DNA of 64,000 nucleotides from an uncultured Rhizobium sp. (GCA_964628235.1 CAZVLU010000009.1:17473-81472); one strand, 5' to 3'. Counted from the stretch's first letter, positions 37,714-48,108 are shown. The notes: generated by a model not told the origin, from the letters alone. Numbers and translations are program-made.

Positions 37714-40356
37714 ATGACCGACTTGCCCGATCAGCCCCGCGCCGCATCGGCGGGCGCCTTGTCGAATAGCCAAGCCCTGGACCAGCCGCCGGGCCTGGAC
37801 GGACGGCTTTGGCTCGCGCGCAGCGCGCTGTTTTGGGAAAAGCTGTGGCCGGATATGTGGCCGACGCTGGCGGTCATCGGCGTCTTTCTCGTGCTCGCCC
37901 TGTTCGATCTGTTGCCCGCGCTGCCGCTCTGGGCGCATATCGCCGCGCTCATCCTGTTCGCCGGCGCGCTGACCGCCGCGCTGTGGCGCGGTTTGCGCCG
38001 CCTGCGCTGGCCCGGCTTCGGCCTGGCGCGCCGCCGGATCGAGACCAACAGCGGCCTGACGCACCGCCCGCTCGAGACGCTGCGCGATACTCTCGCCGCC
38101 GGCGCTGAAGACCCCGCCGCTGCCGCCTTGTGGGCGCTGCATCAGCAGCGCGCCCGCGACAGCATCGAACGCCTGCGTGTCGGCCTGCCGGCGCCCGGCC
38201 TTGCCAAACGCGATCCCTATGCCTTGCGCGCCGGCCTGCTGCTCGTCCTTGCGGTCGGCGTCATCGCCGCTTGGGGCGACGGGCGCAACCGCATCCTGCG
38301 CGCTGTTTTGCCCGGCAGCGCCACAGCCGCCGCGCAACTCGCCCTCGATGTCTGGATCACGCCGCCGAGCTACACCGGGCTGGCGCCGATCCATCTGGCG
38401 CGCGGGTCGCAAACCAACATCGTCGCGCCAAATATCTTAATGGGCGGCACCGTCGGCCAGGATGGCCCGATCGCCATTCCCGTCGGCGCCACCGTGCTTG
38501 CCCAAGTACAGGGCGGCCGCAAGGCGCCGAACCTGACGCTCGGCGACTGGCACAAGCCGTTTGACACGGTCGATAGCGGCGCCTTCCGCCTGAGCGCGCC
38601 GCTCGCCGAAGTCAGCGACGGGCCGCAACGCCTGAGCGTGACGCAGAACGGCAAGGAGATCGCCGGCTGGAGCGTCACCGTGCTGCCCGATCTCGACCCC
38701 GAAGTGACGATGCCGACGCCGCCGGGCCGCACCGAACGCGGGGCGCTGCGCTTATCCTACGAAGCCACAGACGATTATGGCGTCGTCAGTCTGCAAGGCG
38801 TCGTGCGCCGCGCCGCGAGCGGCGATGGCATCGTCGCCGAGCCCTTGGCGCTCGATATGCCGCTGTCCGGCCGCAACGCCAAAGCCGTCAAAGGCAGCGG
38901 CTTTCACGATCTCACCGCCCACGCCTGGGCCGGCCTGCCGGTTACGCTGCAGCTCGTCGCCAAGGACGCCCTCGGCCAGATCAGCGTCACCGATCCCATC
39001 CCCTTCGTGCTGCCCGAGCGCGAATTCCAGCATCCGGTGGCACGCGCCATCGTCGAATTGCGCAAATTGCTGGCGCTATCCCCGCGCAACCGCAACGCCG
39101 TGCGCAACGGCCTCAGCGACATCTCAGAAGCGCCGCAAGCCTTCGGCCATGACACCGTCGTGTTCCTCGCGCTGCGCTCGGTCGTCGCCCGCCTGCGCCA
39201 TAACGGCGACGACGCCACCATCGCGTCGGTGCAATCGCTGCTGTGGGACACCGCGCTGCGCATCGAGGATGGCCGCCTGTCGCTCGCCGAACGCGAATTG
39301 CGCGACATTCAGCGCGCGCTGCAAGACGCGCTGCAGCGCAACGCGCCGCAAAACGAGATCGACCGCCTGATCAACCAATTGCAGCAGGCGCTCAATAAAT
39401 TCATCGAACAGATGATGCGCAACGCGCAAAATATGCCGCCGCAGCAGATGCCGTTCGACCCCAATGCCCGCTTCGTCACCAGCGACGAGCTGCAAAAGAT
39501 GATCGAGGCGGCGCGCGAGATGGCGCGCAGCGGCAATATAGACGCGGCGAAGGAGATGCTGGCGCAATTGCAGCAGATGCTCGAAAGCCTGCAATCGGGC
39601 CAGTTCGCCCAGTCGCAACAACAGCAGCAGCAACAGCAGCAGGCGAACGAGATGATGCGCCAGATGCAGGAGCTGATGAAACGTCAACGCGAGCTGATGG
39701 AGCAGACCTATCGCGACGCCCAACAGGGCCAGCAAAGCCAGCGCGGACAACAAGGCCAGCGTGGACAGCAGGGTCAACAAGGCCAGCAAGGTCAGCAGCC
39801 GGGCCAGAACAGCGAGCAGAGCCAAGCGGAGCAGGAAGCGTTGCGCCGGATGCTCGGCGAGATGATGCGCCAGCTCGGCGAAATGGGCGGCCAGATTCCC
39901 GAAGGCTTCGGCAACGCCGAACGCTCGATGAACGACGCCGGCCAGGCGCTCGGCAGCGGCCAGCCCGGACAGGCGCTGGGGCCGCAAGCCAACGCGCTCG
40001 AACAATTGCAGCAGGGTGCCGGCCAGATGATGCAGCAATTGCAGCAGATGATGGGTCAGGGGCAAGGCCCCGGCCAGGGCCAGCCCGGCGGCCCGCAGAT
40101 GGGTCAAGGCCAGCCCGGTCAGCCCGGCGGCCCCTCGGCGCCGCGCCAGGGCGATCCGCGCAGCTTCGATCCCCTGGGCCGCCAGCCGCCGTCGAGCGGC
40201 GTCGCCGGCGAAGACACGCTCGGGCGCGAACTGCCCAAAGCTGGCGATCTGTTGCGCTCGCGCGAGATTCTCGAAGAGCTGCGCAAACGCGCTGGCGAAG
40301 CCGAACGGCCGCGCATCGAGCTCGATTACATCGATCGGCTCCTGCGCCGTTTCTAA
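37714..40356 (+). CDS. Large DUF4175 / TIGR02302-like membrane protein with C-terminal Q-rich low-complexity region
   Basis: ~880 aa. N-terminal TM helices, central conserved region, then (Q)10 and GQQGQRGQQGQQ repeats, ending ELDYIDRLLRRF. argH-lysA-DUF4175 order is typical of Rhizobiales. Start uncertain (GTG 37654 / ATG 37714). Confidence 0.62.
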   Translation: MTDLPDQPRAASAGALSNSQALDQPPGLDGRLWLARSALFWEKLWPDMWPTLAVIGVFLVLALFDLLPALPLWAHIAALILFAGALTAALWRGLRRLRWPGFGLARRRIETNSGLTHRPLETLRDTLAAGAEDPAAAALWALHQQRARDSIERLRVGLPAPGLAKRDPYALRAGLLLVLAVGVIAAWGDGRNRILRAVLPGSATAAAQLALDVWITPPSYTGLAPIHLARGSQTNIVAPNILMGGTVGQDGPIAIPVGATVLAQVQGGRKAPNLTLGDWHKPFDTVDSGAFRLSAPLAEVSDGPQRLSVTQNGKEIAGWSVTVLPDLDPEVTMPTPPGRTERGALRLSYEATDDYGVVSLQGVVRRAASGDGIVAEPLALDMPLSGRNAKAVKGSGFHDLTAHAWAGLPVTLQLVAKDALGQISVTDPIPFVLPEREFQHPVARAIVELRKLLALSPRNRNAVRNGLSDISEAPQAFGHDTVVFLALRSVVARLRHNGDDATIASVQSLLWDTALRIEDGRLSLAERELRDIQRALQDALQRNAPQNEIDRLINQLQQALNKFIEQMMRNAQNMPPQQMPFDPNARFVTSDELQKMIEAAREMARSGNIDAAKEMLAQLQQMLESLQSGQFAQSQQQQQQQQQANEMMRQMQELMKRQRELMEQTYRDAQQGQQSQRGQQGQRGQQGQQGQQGQQPGQNSEQSQAEQEALRRMLGEMMRQLGEMGGQIPEGFGNAERSMNDAGQALGSGQPGQALGPQANALEQLQQGAGQMMQQLQQMMGQGQGPGQGQPGGPQMGQGQPGQPGGPSAPRQGDPRSFDPLGRQPPSSGVAGEDTLGRELPKAGDLLRSREILEELRKRAGEAERPRIELDYIDRLLRRF

Positions 40357-40407
40357 CGGCGTCGTGGGGGATCGTTTGCGGCGGCGGTTCTAACGGCGCA
40401 GCAACTT

Positions 40408-40513
40408 CCAGCCTCTACAACTATCGTCATGCCCGGGCTTGGCCCGGGCATCCACGCCTTCTCTTTTATCCGCACCGCAAGGCGTGGATACCCGCACCAA
40501 GTGCGGGCATGAC
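40408..40513. repeat. REP-like double-hairpin palindromic element, copy 1 (inverted orientation relative to copies 2 and 3)
   Basis: tcgtCATGCCCGGGCttgGCCCGGGCATccacgcc...ggcgtggatacccgcaccaagtgcgggcatgacg. Reverse complement of the copies at ~53363 and ~56042. Lies between convergent genes. Confidence 0.8.
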
Positions 40514-40565
40514 GGTTGAGATAAGGCGACAGCGAAACCAGGAAACAAAAGCGAAAGCCCGCCGG

Positions 40566-40928
40566 TTATTTCCCGGCGAGCGCGGCTTCCGCCGCGTCGC
40601 AGATTTCCTTCAAGCTGAACGGCTTCGGCACGACCTTGTGGATCAAGACATCCAGGTTGTGCGCGCGCTGGCGTTCGGCGCTATAGCCCGACATCATCAA
40701 GATGCGCAGCTCGGGCTTGTCCTTCGCCATCTTGAGGGCGAGGGCGATGCCGTCGAGGCCGGGCATGACGATGTCGGTGATCAGCAGATCGAAGGTCTCG
40801 GTCTGCAGCACGGTCAGCGCCTGCAGGCCGTCTTCGACGGTGGTCACGTCATGGCCGCGATGATCGAGGGCGCGTTTGACGAATTCGCGAACCGCCCGAT
40901 CGTCTTCCGCCACCAAAATGCGCGCCAT
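40566..40928 (-). CDS. cpdR: Single-domain CheY-like response regulator (CpdR-like)
   Basis: 120 aa receiver domain: ILVAEDD (acid pocket), phospho-Asp in LLITDIVMPGLDG, PKPF motif. Resembles alphaproteobacterial CpdR (from memory). Trimmed from 368-aa ORF. Confidence 0.75.
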   Translation of the reverse strand: MARILVAEDDRAVREFVKRALDHRGHDVTTVEDGLQALTVLQTETFDLLITDIVMPGLDGIALALKMAKDKPELRILMMSGYSAERQRAHNLDVLIHKVVPKPFSLKEICDAAEAALAGK

Positions 40929-40939
40929 GCGGGCCCCCG

Positions 40940-41608
40940 TCACTTGTCGGCGGTAAATGTGATGGTCAATCCCGTCGCGCCCGGCGGCGGGTTGCGCAAG
41001 CTGGTGACGAAGGAGGCGCTTTCGCCCGGCAGCAGTCGCGACTGCGCCGCCTTGAAGGTCCAGCTCTGCACCTCTTTGTCGTCGGCCTTGACGATCGCGC
41101 GCATGGTCGGCACGTCGCGCGCCGCAGTGGAGATATTGGCGACCTCGCCCTCGATGGCGAAGATCGGGGTGCCGTCTTCGCTGCGACTGGCTGAGGAAAC
41201 ATTGCGCAATTCGAGGCCGCTGCCGATTTCCTCGCTGGCGAAACCCGCCAATTCGTAGAGTTTGGCTGCTGGCGGCCAAGCGGCGACGATGTCGTGACGG
41301 CCCAGGACGATGCCGCCGGCCAAGCCGCCGATGATCAGCAACAGCACAGCCCAGGCGATCACGCCGCTGCGCGGCCGCTGTTGCGACTGCAAGGCCGGCA
41401 GATTGCTCCCTGGCGGGCGGGCAGCGCCAGGAATGGCGCGGAAATCGCTTTCGAGCGGCGGCAATTCCACTTGCCGCGGCAAATCCTCCGGCGGCGTCTG
41501 CGTCCATTGATGGCCGCATTTGGCGCAGCGCACGACGCGCCCCTCCGGGCCCAGAAGGGCCGGATTGATCAAATAGCGTGTGCCGCAAGCTGTACAGGAA
41601 AGGATCAT
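40940..41608 (-). CDS. MJ0042-type zinc-ribbon + DUF3426 domain protein
   Basis: N-terminal CTACGTRYLINPALLGPEGRVVRCAKCGH zinc ribbon, TM segment, DUF3426-like C-terminal domain. Confidence 0.7.
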   Translation of the reverse strand: MILSCTACGTRYLINPALLGPEGRVVRCAKCGHQWTQTPPEDLPRQVELPPLESDFRAIPGAARPPGSNLPALQSQQRPRSGVIAWAVLLLIIGGLAGGIVLGRHDIVAAWPPAAKLYELAGFASEEIGSGLELRNVSSASRSEDGTPIFAIEGEVANISTAARDVPTMRAIVKADDKEVQSWTFKAAQSRLLPGESASFVTSLRNPPPGATGLTITFTADK

Positions 41609-41891
41609 CGCGCCTGGCGGGGAAAAGCGGGGAACGCGGGAAAAGCGCGCGTTTATAGGCTTTCATCCACAAGCTGGCAAGCCGCGCCAGCGAATAGACA
41701 GCCTACACGCATGATCTTGCCGCACGCAGCGGCGAGACGCCAGCGCGCAACGTCATTATAACACTGAGATCGGTCGCTCTGGACGATGATAAGCTCCCGT
41801 GCGATTCTCAAGAGACGTTCAGCGACGCCCGGCTCGGATCGAGAGCGGACGCCGCATTAACCATTCTCTCGCGCGCAGAACGGCCCCGCCC

Positions 41892-42569
41892 TTGGTTCGC
41901 TTTCAGAATGTCGGCATGCGCTACGGCGTCGGGCCGGAAGTCCTGCATGATGTCAACTTCGCCCTGGCGCCCGGCTCCTTCCACTTTCTGGTCGGGCCGA
42001 GCGGCGCCGGCAAGTCGTCGTTGCTGCGCCTGATGTATCTGGCGCATCGGCCGTCGCGCGGCCTCATCACCCTGTTCGACCGCGACATCGCCACCACGCC
42101 GCGCCGCGACTTGCCGGAACTCCGCCGCAAGATCGGCGTCGTGTTCCAGGAATTCCGCCTGCTCGACCATTTGAGCGTGCTCGACAATGTCGCCCTGCCG
42201 CTGCGCGTCGCCGGCATGGGCGAAAAGCAGATCAGGGACTATGCCGAGGAACTGCTGAGCTGGGTCGGTCTCGCCGACCATATGCAGGCGCGCCCGGCCA
42301 TCCTGTCGGGCGGCCAGAAGCAGCGCGTCGCCATCGCCCGCGCTGTCATCAGCCGGCCCAAATTGCTGCTCGCCGACGAACCGACCGGCAACGTCGACGA
42401 CAAGATCGCGCTGCGCCTGCTCTATCTGTTCGAAGAGTTGAACAAGCTCGGCACCACGATCGTCATCGCTACCCATAACGAGGCGCTGATTTCGCGCTTC
42501 GGCCATCCGCAGCTCCATCTCGAAAACGGCGAGATCTCCGTGCGCCCTGCCGCCAAGCGGGGGGCCTGA
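41892..42569 (+). CDS. ftsE: Cell division ATP-binding protein FtsE
   Basis: Walker [12 protein letters not shown], signature [15 protein letters not shown], Walker [12 protein letters not shown]. Start likely TTG 41892 ([12 protein letters not shown], typical FtsE N-terminus); ORF track begins at GTG 41799. Confidence 0.82.
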   Translation: MVRFQNVGMRYGVGPEVLHDVNFALAPGSFHFLVGPSGAGKSSLLRLMYLAHRPSRGLITLFDRDIATTPRRDLPELRRKIGVVFQEFRLLDHLSVLDNVALPLRVAGMGEKQIRDYAEELLSWVGLADHMQARPAILSGGQKQRVAIARAVISRPKLLLADEPTGNVDDKIALRLLYLFEELNKLGTTIVIATHNEALISRFGHPQLHLENGEISVRPAAKRGA

Positions 42570-42571
42570 GC

Positions 42572-43480
42572 ATGTTCGGACTGTTCGAAAGCCGCAGCGA
42601 CCTGCCGCTCCGCACCGACGCGTCGCGCCGCTTTCTGCCGTGGCTGGTGGCGCTCAACGTCTATCTTGCCGCCCTCGCTCTGGCTGGCTTGATGGCGCTC
42701 GGCGATGCCGTGTCGGCGTGGGACAAGGGCCTGACCGGCGCGATGACGGTGCAGATTCCCGCCCCCGTTTCCAAAGACGGCGAACGGCTCGGCGACAACG
42801 CCCCGCGCATCACGCGCGCACTCGAACTGTTGCGCGCCCAGCCCGGCGTCGCCGCCGCCAATGCCTTGTCGCAGGGCGAGATGGCGGCGTTGATGGAGCC
42901 TTGGCTCGGCAGCGCCGGCGGCCTCGTCGCCGAACTGCCGCTGCCCGCCCTGATCGACGTGAAAATCCGCGACGGCGCCGGCCTCAATGCCGAAGGGCTG
43001 CAAAGCGTGTTGGCCGCCGCCGTGCCGGGCGCCACGGTCGACGACCATAAGAAATGGCTCGACCGGCTGCTGCTGCTGATCCGTTCGGTCGAATTGGTTG
43101 CCGCCGCCGTCGTGCTGCTGGTCGCCGGCGCGGCCGTCGTCACGGTGATCTTCATCACCCGCACCGGCCTCTCGCTGCATCACGACGTCATCGGCCTGCT
43201 GCATGTCATCGGCGCGCAGGACGACTATATCGCCAAGCAATTCCAATCCCAGGCGCTCGCGCTGGGCTTGAAAGGCGGCCTGATCGGCTTCGCGCTGGCG
43301 GCGCTCACGCTCGGCGGACTCGGTCTGCTCGCCGGCCGGCTCGGCTCGCAATTCTTGCCGCCACTGGCGCTGGGGCCGCTGCAATGGGCGCTGCTCGCCG
43401 GCTTGCCGCTCGCAGTGGCGCTGATCGGCATGGCGACCGCGCGCGTCACCGTCATGCGCACCTTGGCGCGGTTGCCATGA
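42572..43480 (+). CDS. ftsX: Cell division permease-like protein FtsX
   Basis: 302 aa, four TM segments, FtsX topology, immediately after ftsE. Confidence 0.85.
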   Translation: MFGLFESRSDLPLRTDASRRFLPWLVALNVYLAALALAGLMALGDAVSAWDKGLTGAMTVQIPAPVSKDGERLGDNAPRITRALELLRAQPGVAAANALSQGEMAALMEPWLGSAGGLVAELPLPALIDVKIRDGAGLNAEGLQSVLAAAVPGATVDDHKKWLDRLLLLIRSVELVAAAVVLLVAGAAVVTVIFITRTGLSLHHDVIGLLHVIGAQDDYIAKQFQSQALALGLKGGLIGFALAALTLGGLGLLAGRLGSQFLPPLALGPLQWALLAGLPLAVALIGMATARVTVMRTLARLP

Positions 43481-44136
43481 GCGACCCCGCCGCTATAGAT
43501 CGCACGCCGCGCCGTCATAGCAAGATACAATGGGCGCTGATCGGCCTCGTGGCGCTCGCCGCGACATGGCTCGGCGGCCTCGTCTGGTACGCCAACGACA
43601 TTCCGCGCGCCATCGACGACACCACGACCATGACCGACGCCGTGGTGGTGCTGACCGGCGGCTCGGGCCGCGTCGATGTCGGCCTGGCGCTGCTCGCCGA
43701 GCGGCGGGCGAGCAAACTGTTCGTCTCCGGCGTGGCGCGCGACGTCGATCTCGACCAACTGCTCAAAGTCTCGATGCGCCAAGATGCGCGCAACTTGCGC
43801 GACCGCATCGCGCTCGGCCACGAAGCCGGCGACACGCCGGGCAACGCCCGCGAGACGGCCGATTGGATGGCCAAAGAAGGTTTCGCCTCGTTGCGCCTCG
43901 TGACGGCGAGCTATCATATGCGCCGCAGCCTGCGCGAATTCCGCCGCGCTTTGCCTGACGCCGTCATCATCCCCCACCCGGTATTCCCGACCGGCTTTCG
44001 CCTCGCCGAATGGTGGCGCTGGCCCGGCACGCTCTCGCTGCTCGCCAGCGAATATAGCAAATATCTGATCGCCGCCGGCGCCGGCGCCCTCGGCATCACG
44101 CTGCCGGACACGCCACAACCGCCAGCGAAGCCATGA
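43477..44136 (+). CDS. YdcF / DUF218 (ElyC/SanA-like) family protein
   Basis: ATGA overlap with ftsX. N-terminal TM. DAVVVLTGGSGR...ASKLFVSGV...DTPGNARE are DUF218 core motifs. Confidence 0.75.
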   Translation: MSDPAAIDRTPRRHSKIQWALIGLVALAATWLGGLVWYANDIPRAIDDTTTMTDAVVVLTGGSGRVDVGLALLAERRASKLFVSGVARDVDLDQLLKVSMRQDARNLRDRIALGHEAGDTPGNARETADWMAKEGFASLRLVTASYHMRRSLREFRRALPDAVIIPHPVFPTGFRLAEWWRWPGTLSLLASEYSKYLIAAGAGALGITLPDTPQPPAKP

Positions 44137-44867
44137 CAAGCTTGCGCGCGCTGCTGTTCAACCTTGCTTTCTACTGCGTCACAACCCTGCTCGCCCTCGT
44201 CTATCTGCCGTTGCTGCTGATTCCCGGCAAAGCGGGTACCCAGGCGATGATGGCGGCGGGCCGCGCTTGGTCGGCGCTCATGCTCTGGCTTCTCAAGGCG
44301 ATCGTCGGCCTCGATTTCATCGTGCGTGGACGTCAGCACCTGCCGGACGGGCCGGCGCTGATCGCCGCCAAACATCAGTCGGCCTGGGACACCCTGATGC
44401 TGCCGGTGCTGCTCGGCCGCCCCGTGGTGATCCTCAAGCACGAGCTGTTCTGGATTCCGTTCTATGGCTGGTACGCCAAGCGCGCCGGCATGATCGCCAT
44501 CGACCGCAAGGGCGGCGGCAAAGCGCTGCGCGCCATGCTGCGCGATGCCAAGCAGCGCACCGTGGAAGACGGCCGACCGCTGGTGATCTTCCCGCAGGGC
44601 ACACGCACTGCGCCGGGGGCGTCAGCGCCGTACCAGCCCGGCGTCGCGGCGCTCTACGGCGATCTCGGCCTGCCCTGCGTGCCGTTGGCGCTCAATTCCG
44701 GCTTGTTCTGGGGACGGCGCGCCTTTACCAAACGCGCCGGCCGCATCACCGTCGAATTTCTCCCCGCCCTGCCGCCCGGCCTGCCCAAACGCGAATTTCT
44801 CGCTCGCTTAGAAGCCGCTATCGAGCCGGCGACGCGTCGCCTTGAAAATCAGGCCCTTGATAAATAA
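44133..44867 (+). CDS. plsC: 1-acyl-sn-glycerol-3-phosphate acyltransferase (lysophospholipid acyltransferase)
   Basis: HxxxxD motif AAKHQSAWD, FPQGTR motif. 244 aa. Confidence 0.85.
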   Translation: MTSLRALLFNLAFYCVTTLLALVYLPLLLIPGKAGTQAMMAAGRAWSALMLWLLKAIVGLDFIVRGRQHLPDGPALIAAKHQSAWDTLMLPVLLGRPVVILKHELFWIPFYGWYAKRAGMIAIDRKGGGKALRAMLRDAKQRTVEDGRPLVIFPQGTRTAPGASAPYQPGVAALYGDLGLPCVPLALNSGLFWGRRAFTKRAGRITVEFLPALPPGLPKREFLARLEAAIEPATRRLENQALDK

Positions 44868-44952
44868 GCGGAATATTTATTTACACAAATAATATATGTA
44901 AATTTCAATATAAAACATTTTTTATACGTTGATTTGGCCAGGAACGACCCTT
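44868..44952 (+). promoter_or_regulatory. AT-rich promoter region of the sulfate transporter operon with inverted repeat TTTACA-N11-TGTAAA
   Basis: 85-bp spacer, >75% A+T. IR at ~44880-44902 (aTTTTACAcaaataatataTGTAAAtt). Confidence 0.4.
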
Positions 44953-46098
44953 ATGTTCCCGCCGTTGCTTTCCTTTGGGGCGTATCCCGTGACCATCGAC
45001 ATTCAGAGCCTCTACAAGCGTTTCGGCACGCAGCCGGTCCTGCGCGGCGTCGATCTCGATATCGGCGACGGCGAACTGGTGGCGCTGCTCGGCGCGTCGG
45101 GTTCGGGCAAGACGACTTTGCTGCGCATTCTCGCCGGCCTCGAGTTTCCCGACGGCGGCGACATCCTGGTCGACGGCGAAAGCTGGATCGCCAAGCCGAC
45201 GCAGGCGCGCAAGGTCGGCTTCGTCTTCCAGCATTACGCCCTGTTCGGCCATCTCACCGTCGCCGAGAACATCGCCTTCGGCTTGCGCGTGCGCGACAAA
45301 AAGCAGCGTCCCGATGAAGCGGCGATCCAAGCCAAGATCAAAGAGCTGCTCGAACTGATCCAACTGGGTACGCTAGGCCACCGCTATCCGTCGCAGCTCT
45401 CGGGCGGCCAGCGCCAGCGCGTGGCGCTCGCCCGCGCCCTCGCCATCGAGCCGGCGGTGCTGCTGCTCGACGAGCCGTTCGGCGCGTTGGATGCCGGCGT
45501 GCGCAAGGATCTCCGCCAATGGCTGCGCGATCTGCACAAGCAACTCGGCATGACCACGGTCTTCGTGACGCACGACCAGGAAGAAGCGCTGGAATTGGCC
45601 GACCGCGTCGTCATCCTCAACGAAGGCCGCATCGAGCAGATCGGCACGCCGGAAGAGGTTTACGACCATCCGGCGACGCCTTACGTGCTGCGTTTCCTCG
45701 GCGGCGCCAACGAATTGCCCGGCCATCTGCGCGCCGGCCGGATCGAAGTGGACGGCTTGGACACCAGCGCCGTCGAGCGCATCGCCGCCGGCGACGGCGC
45801 CGCCAGCCTGTTCGTCCGCCCGCATGACATCGACGTGCAGCCTGCCGACGACGGTGCGGCCAACATCCGTTCGGTCTTCATCACCGGCGCCCAGGCCCAT
45901 GTCGAGCTGACTCTCGCGGGTAAGCCGCTCACGGCGGACATCCGCCGCGACGTGGCGCGCGCCCGCGGCCTCAAGCCCGGCCAGCGCGTCCGCCTGAAAG
46001 CCATGCACGGCCGGTTGTTCACCGCGCCGCACGCCGCTGCGGCGAGCGCCCCAACCGCGTCGGACGCGCAAGACCGCGCCTGTATCGCGCGGCCCTGA
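44953..46098 (+). CDS. cysA: Sulfate/thiosulfate ABC transporter ATP-binding protein CysA
   Basis: Walker [12 protein letters not shown], signature [15 protein letters not shown], Walker [16 protein letters not shown]-like C-terminal domain. ATG 44953 chosen. Confidence 0.85.
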   Translation: MFPPLLSFGAYPVTIDIQSLYKRFGTQPVLRGVDLDIGDGELVALLGASGSGKTTLLRILAGLEFPDGGDILVDGESWIAKPTQARKVGFVFQHYALFGHLTVAENIAFGLRVRDKKQRPDEAAIQAKIKELLELIQLGTLGHRYPSQLSGGQRQRVALARALAIEPAVLLLDEPFGALDAGVRKDLRQWLRDLHKQLGMTTVFVTHDQEEALELADRVVILNEGRIEQIGTPEEVYDHPATPYVLRFLGGANELPGHLRAGRIEVDGLDTSAVERIAAGDGAASLFVRPHDIDVQPADDGAANIRSVFITGAQAHVELTLAGKPLTADIRRDVARARGLKPGQRVRLKAMHGRLFTAPHAAAASAPTASDAQDRACIARP

Positions 46099-46166
46099 GC
46101 CGCCGGACCCGCGCGCCGCGCCGCGCACATTCATCGCATCTCGCTTACATCCGTGAACGAAAGACC

Positions 46167-47201
46167 ATGACCATGAAGACGCTCACCTCTCTCGCGCTCG
46201 CCGCCTCGCTGCTGGCCAGCACCCCCGCTTTCGCGCAAGTCAACGCGCCGGCCGACTACAAGGGCCCCAAGGAGATCCTCAACGTCTCCTACGACATCGC
46301 CCGCGAGCTCTACGTGAAGATCAACGAAGCCTTCACCGCCGACTGGCAGAAGAAGACCGGTCAGAAGATCGAAGTGAAGCAGTCGCATGCCGGCACTTCG
46401 ACGCAGGCGCGCGCCATTCTCGAAGGCCTGCCCGCCGATCTCGTCACCTTCAACCAGGTGCTCGACGTTCAAGTGCTGGCCGACAAGGGCAAGCTGATCC
46501 CCGCCGACTGGGCCAAGCGCCTGCCCAACGCCTCGTCGCCCTACTACTCGCTGCCGGCCTTCCTGGTGCGTCCGGGCAATCCGAAGAACATCAAGGACTG
46601 GAACGATCTGGTCCGCGCCGATGTGAAGTCCGTGTTCCCGAATCCGAAGACCTCGGGCAACGCGCGCTACACCTATCTCGGCGCTTACGCCTACGCTCTG
46701 TCGCAGAACAACAACGATCACGCCAAGGCGCAGGACTTCGTCAAAGCCTTCCTCGCCAACGTGCCGGTGTTCGACACCGGCGGCCGCGGCTCGACCACCA
46801 CCTTCGTCGAGCGCGGCATCGGCGACGTCCTCATCACCTTCGAGGCCGAAGTCAACGCGGTGAAGAAGGAATATGGCGACAAGGGCTACCAGATCGTCAT
46901 TCCGTCGCAGAGCATCCTGGCGGAATTCCCGGTGGCGCTGATCGACCGCAACGCCGACCGCAAGGGCACGCGTCCGCTCGCCCAGGCCTATCTCGACTAC
47001 CTCTACAGCGAGGAAGGCCAGGAGATCGTCGCCGGCTTCGCCAACCGCGTGCATCACCCGAAGGTGGTCGAGCGCCACAAGGCGTCCTATCCGCCGGTCA
47101 AGCTGGTCACCATCGACGAGGTGTTCGGCGGCTGGGAGAAGGCCAACAAAGACCACTTCGCCGAAGGCGGCATCCTCGACAAAGTCTTCGTGAAGCGTTG
47201 A
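46167..47201 (+). CDS. sbp: Sulfate ABC transporter periplasmic sulfate-binding protein
   Basis: Signal peptide MTMKTLTSLALAASLLASTPAFAQ. Sulfate-binding protein family (...KTSGNARYTYLGAYAYAL...). Confidence 0.88.
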   Translation: MTMKTLTSLALAASLLASTPAFAQVNAPADYKGPKEILNVSYDIARELYVKINEAFTADWQKKTGQKIEVKQSHAGTSTQARAILEGLPADLVTFNQVLDVQVLADKGKLIPADWAKRLPNASSPYYSLPAFLVRPGNPKNIKDWNDLVRADVKSVFPNPKTSGNARYTYLGAYAYALSQNNNDHAKAQDFVKAFLANVPVFDTGGRGSTTTFVERGIGDVLITFEAEVNAVKKEYGDKGYQIVIPSQSILAEFPVALIDRNADRKGTRPLAQAYLDYLYSEEGQEIVAGFANRVHHPKVVERHKASYPPVKLVTIDEVFGGWEKANKDHFAEGGILDKVFVKR

Positions 47202-47208
47202 GGCTTTA

Positions 47209-48105
47209 GTGACTCTCGCCGCAACCCCAGCCCTTTCTTTGGGCGATCAAGCGCAACCGCCGCGCCCTGCCGTCAAGGCTCGGGCGCGGCGTCGCGTGCT
47301 GCCCGGCTTCGGGCTGACGATGGGCGCGACATTGTTCTATCTCGCGCTGATCGTGCTGCTGCCGGTGGCGGCGCTCATTCTGAAAACCGCCGACGGCGGC
47401 TGGTTGCGCTTCTGGCAGGTGATCTCGAGCGAGCGTGCCGTCGCGGCCTTCCAGGTGACGATCGGCGCGGCGATTCTCGCCACGATTTTCAACGCTCTTT
47501 ACGGGCTGCTGATGGCCTGGGTGCTGGCGCGCTACCGTTTTCCCGGCCGGCGCAGTCTCGACGCGCTGATCGACCTGCCCTTCGCCCTGCCCACCGCCGT
47601 CGCCGGCATCGCGCTCACCGCGCTCTACGCCGGCAACGGCTGGTTCGGCGCGGTCTTGGAGCCGGCCGGCCTCAAAGTCGTCTACACCATCGTCGGCGTC
47701 GCCGTCGCCATGGCCTTCACCAGCGTGCCCTTCGTCGTGCGCACGGTGCAGCCGGTGATCGAGGAGCTGAAAGCCGAGACGGAAGAAGCCGCGCGCACGC
47801 TCGGCGCCAGCGACTGGCAAGTCTTCACCCGGGTAATCTATCCGGCGATTTTTCCCGCCCATCTCGCCGGCTGCGCCATGTCGTTCGCGCGCAGCATGGG
47901 CGAGTTCGGCGCGGTCATCTTCATCGCCGGCAACTTGCCGTTCCAGACCGAGATCGCGCCCTTGCTGATCTTCATCCGGCTGGAGGAGTACGATTATCCG
48001 GCCGCCAGCGCGATCGCCGTCGTGCTGCTCGCCGTCGCCTTCGTCCTGCTGCTGACCACCAACGCCATCCAGGCCTGGCGGCTCAAGCGGGTCGTGAAGG
48101 ACTAG
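47209..48105 (+). CDS. cysT: Sulfate ABC transporter permease CysT
   Basis: CysT-type permease, EAA-like loop (EEAARTLGASDWQVFTRV). GTG start. Confidence 0.85.
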   Translation: MTLAATPALSLGDQAQPPRPAVKARARRRVLPGFGLTMGATLFYLALIVLLPVAALILKTADGGWLRFWQVISSERAVAAFQVTIGAAILATIFNALYGLLMAWVLARYRFPGRRSLDALIDLPFALPTAVAGIALTALYAGNGWFGAVLEPAGLKVVYTIVGVAVAMAFTSVPFVVRTVQPVIEELKAETEEAARTLGASDWQVFTRVIYPAIFPAHLAGCAMSFARSMGEFGAVIFIAGNLPFQTEIAPLLIFIRLEEYDYPAASAIAVVLLAVAFVLLLTTNAIQAWRLKRVVKD

Positions 48106-48108
48106 GCC

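Noticed and set aside
36571-38412. 613-aa minus-strand ORF
   Set aside because: Antisense to lysA and the DUF4175 gene.
39600-40140. Tandem repeat region (CAG/CAA-rich), checked as possible CRISPR/minisatellite
   Set aside because: Repeats are in-frame coding (poly-Gln/GQ repeats of the DUF4175 protein). No spacer-repeat architecture.
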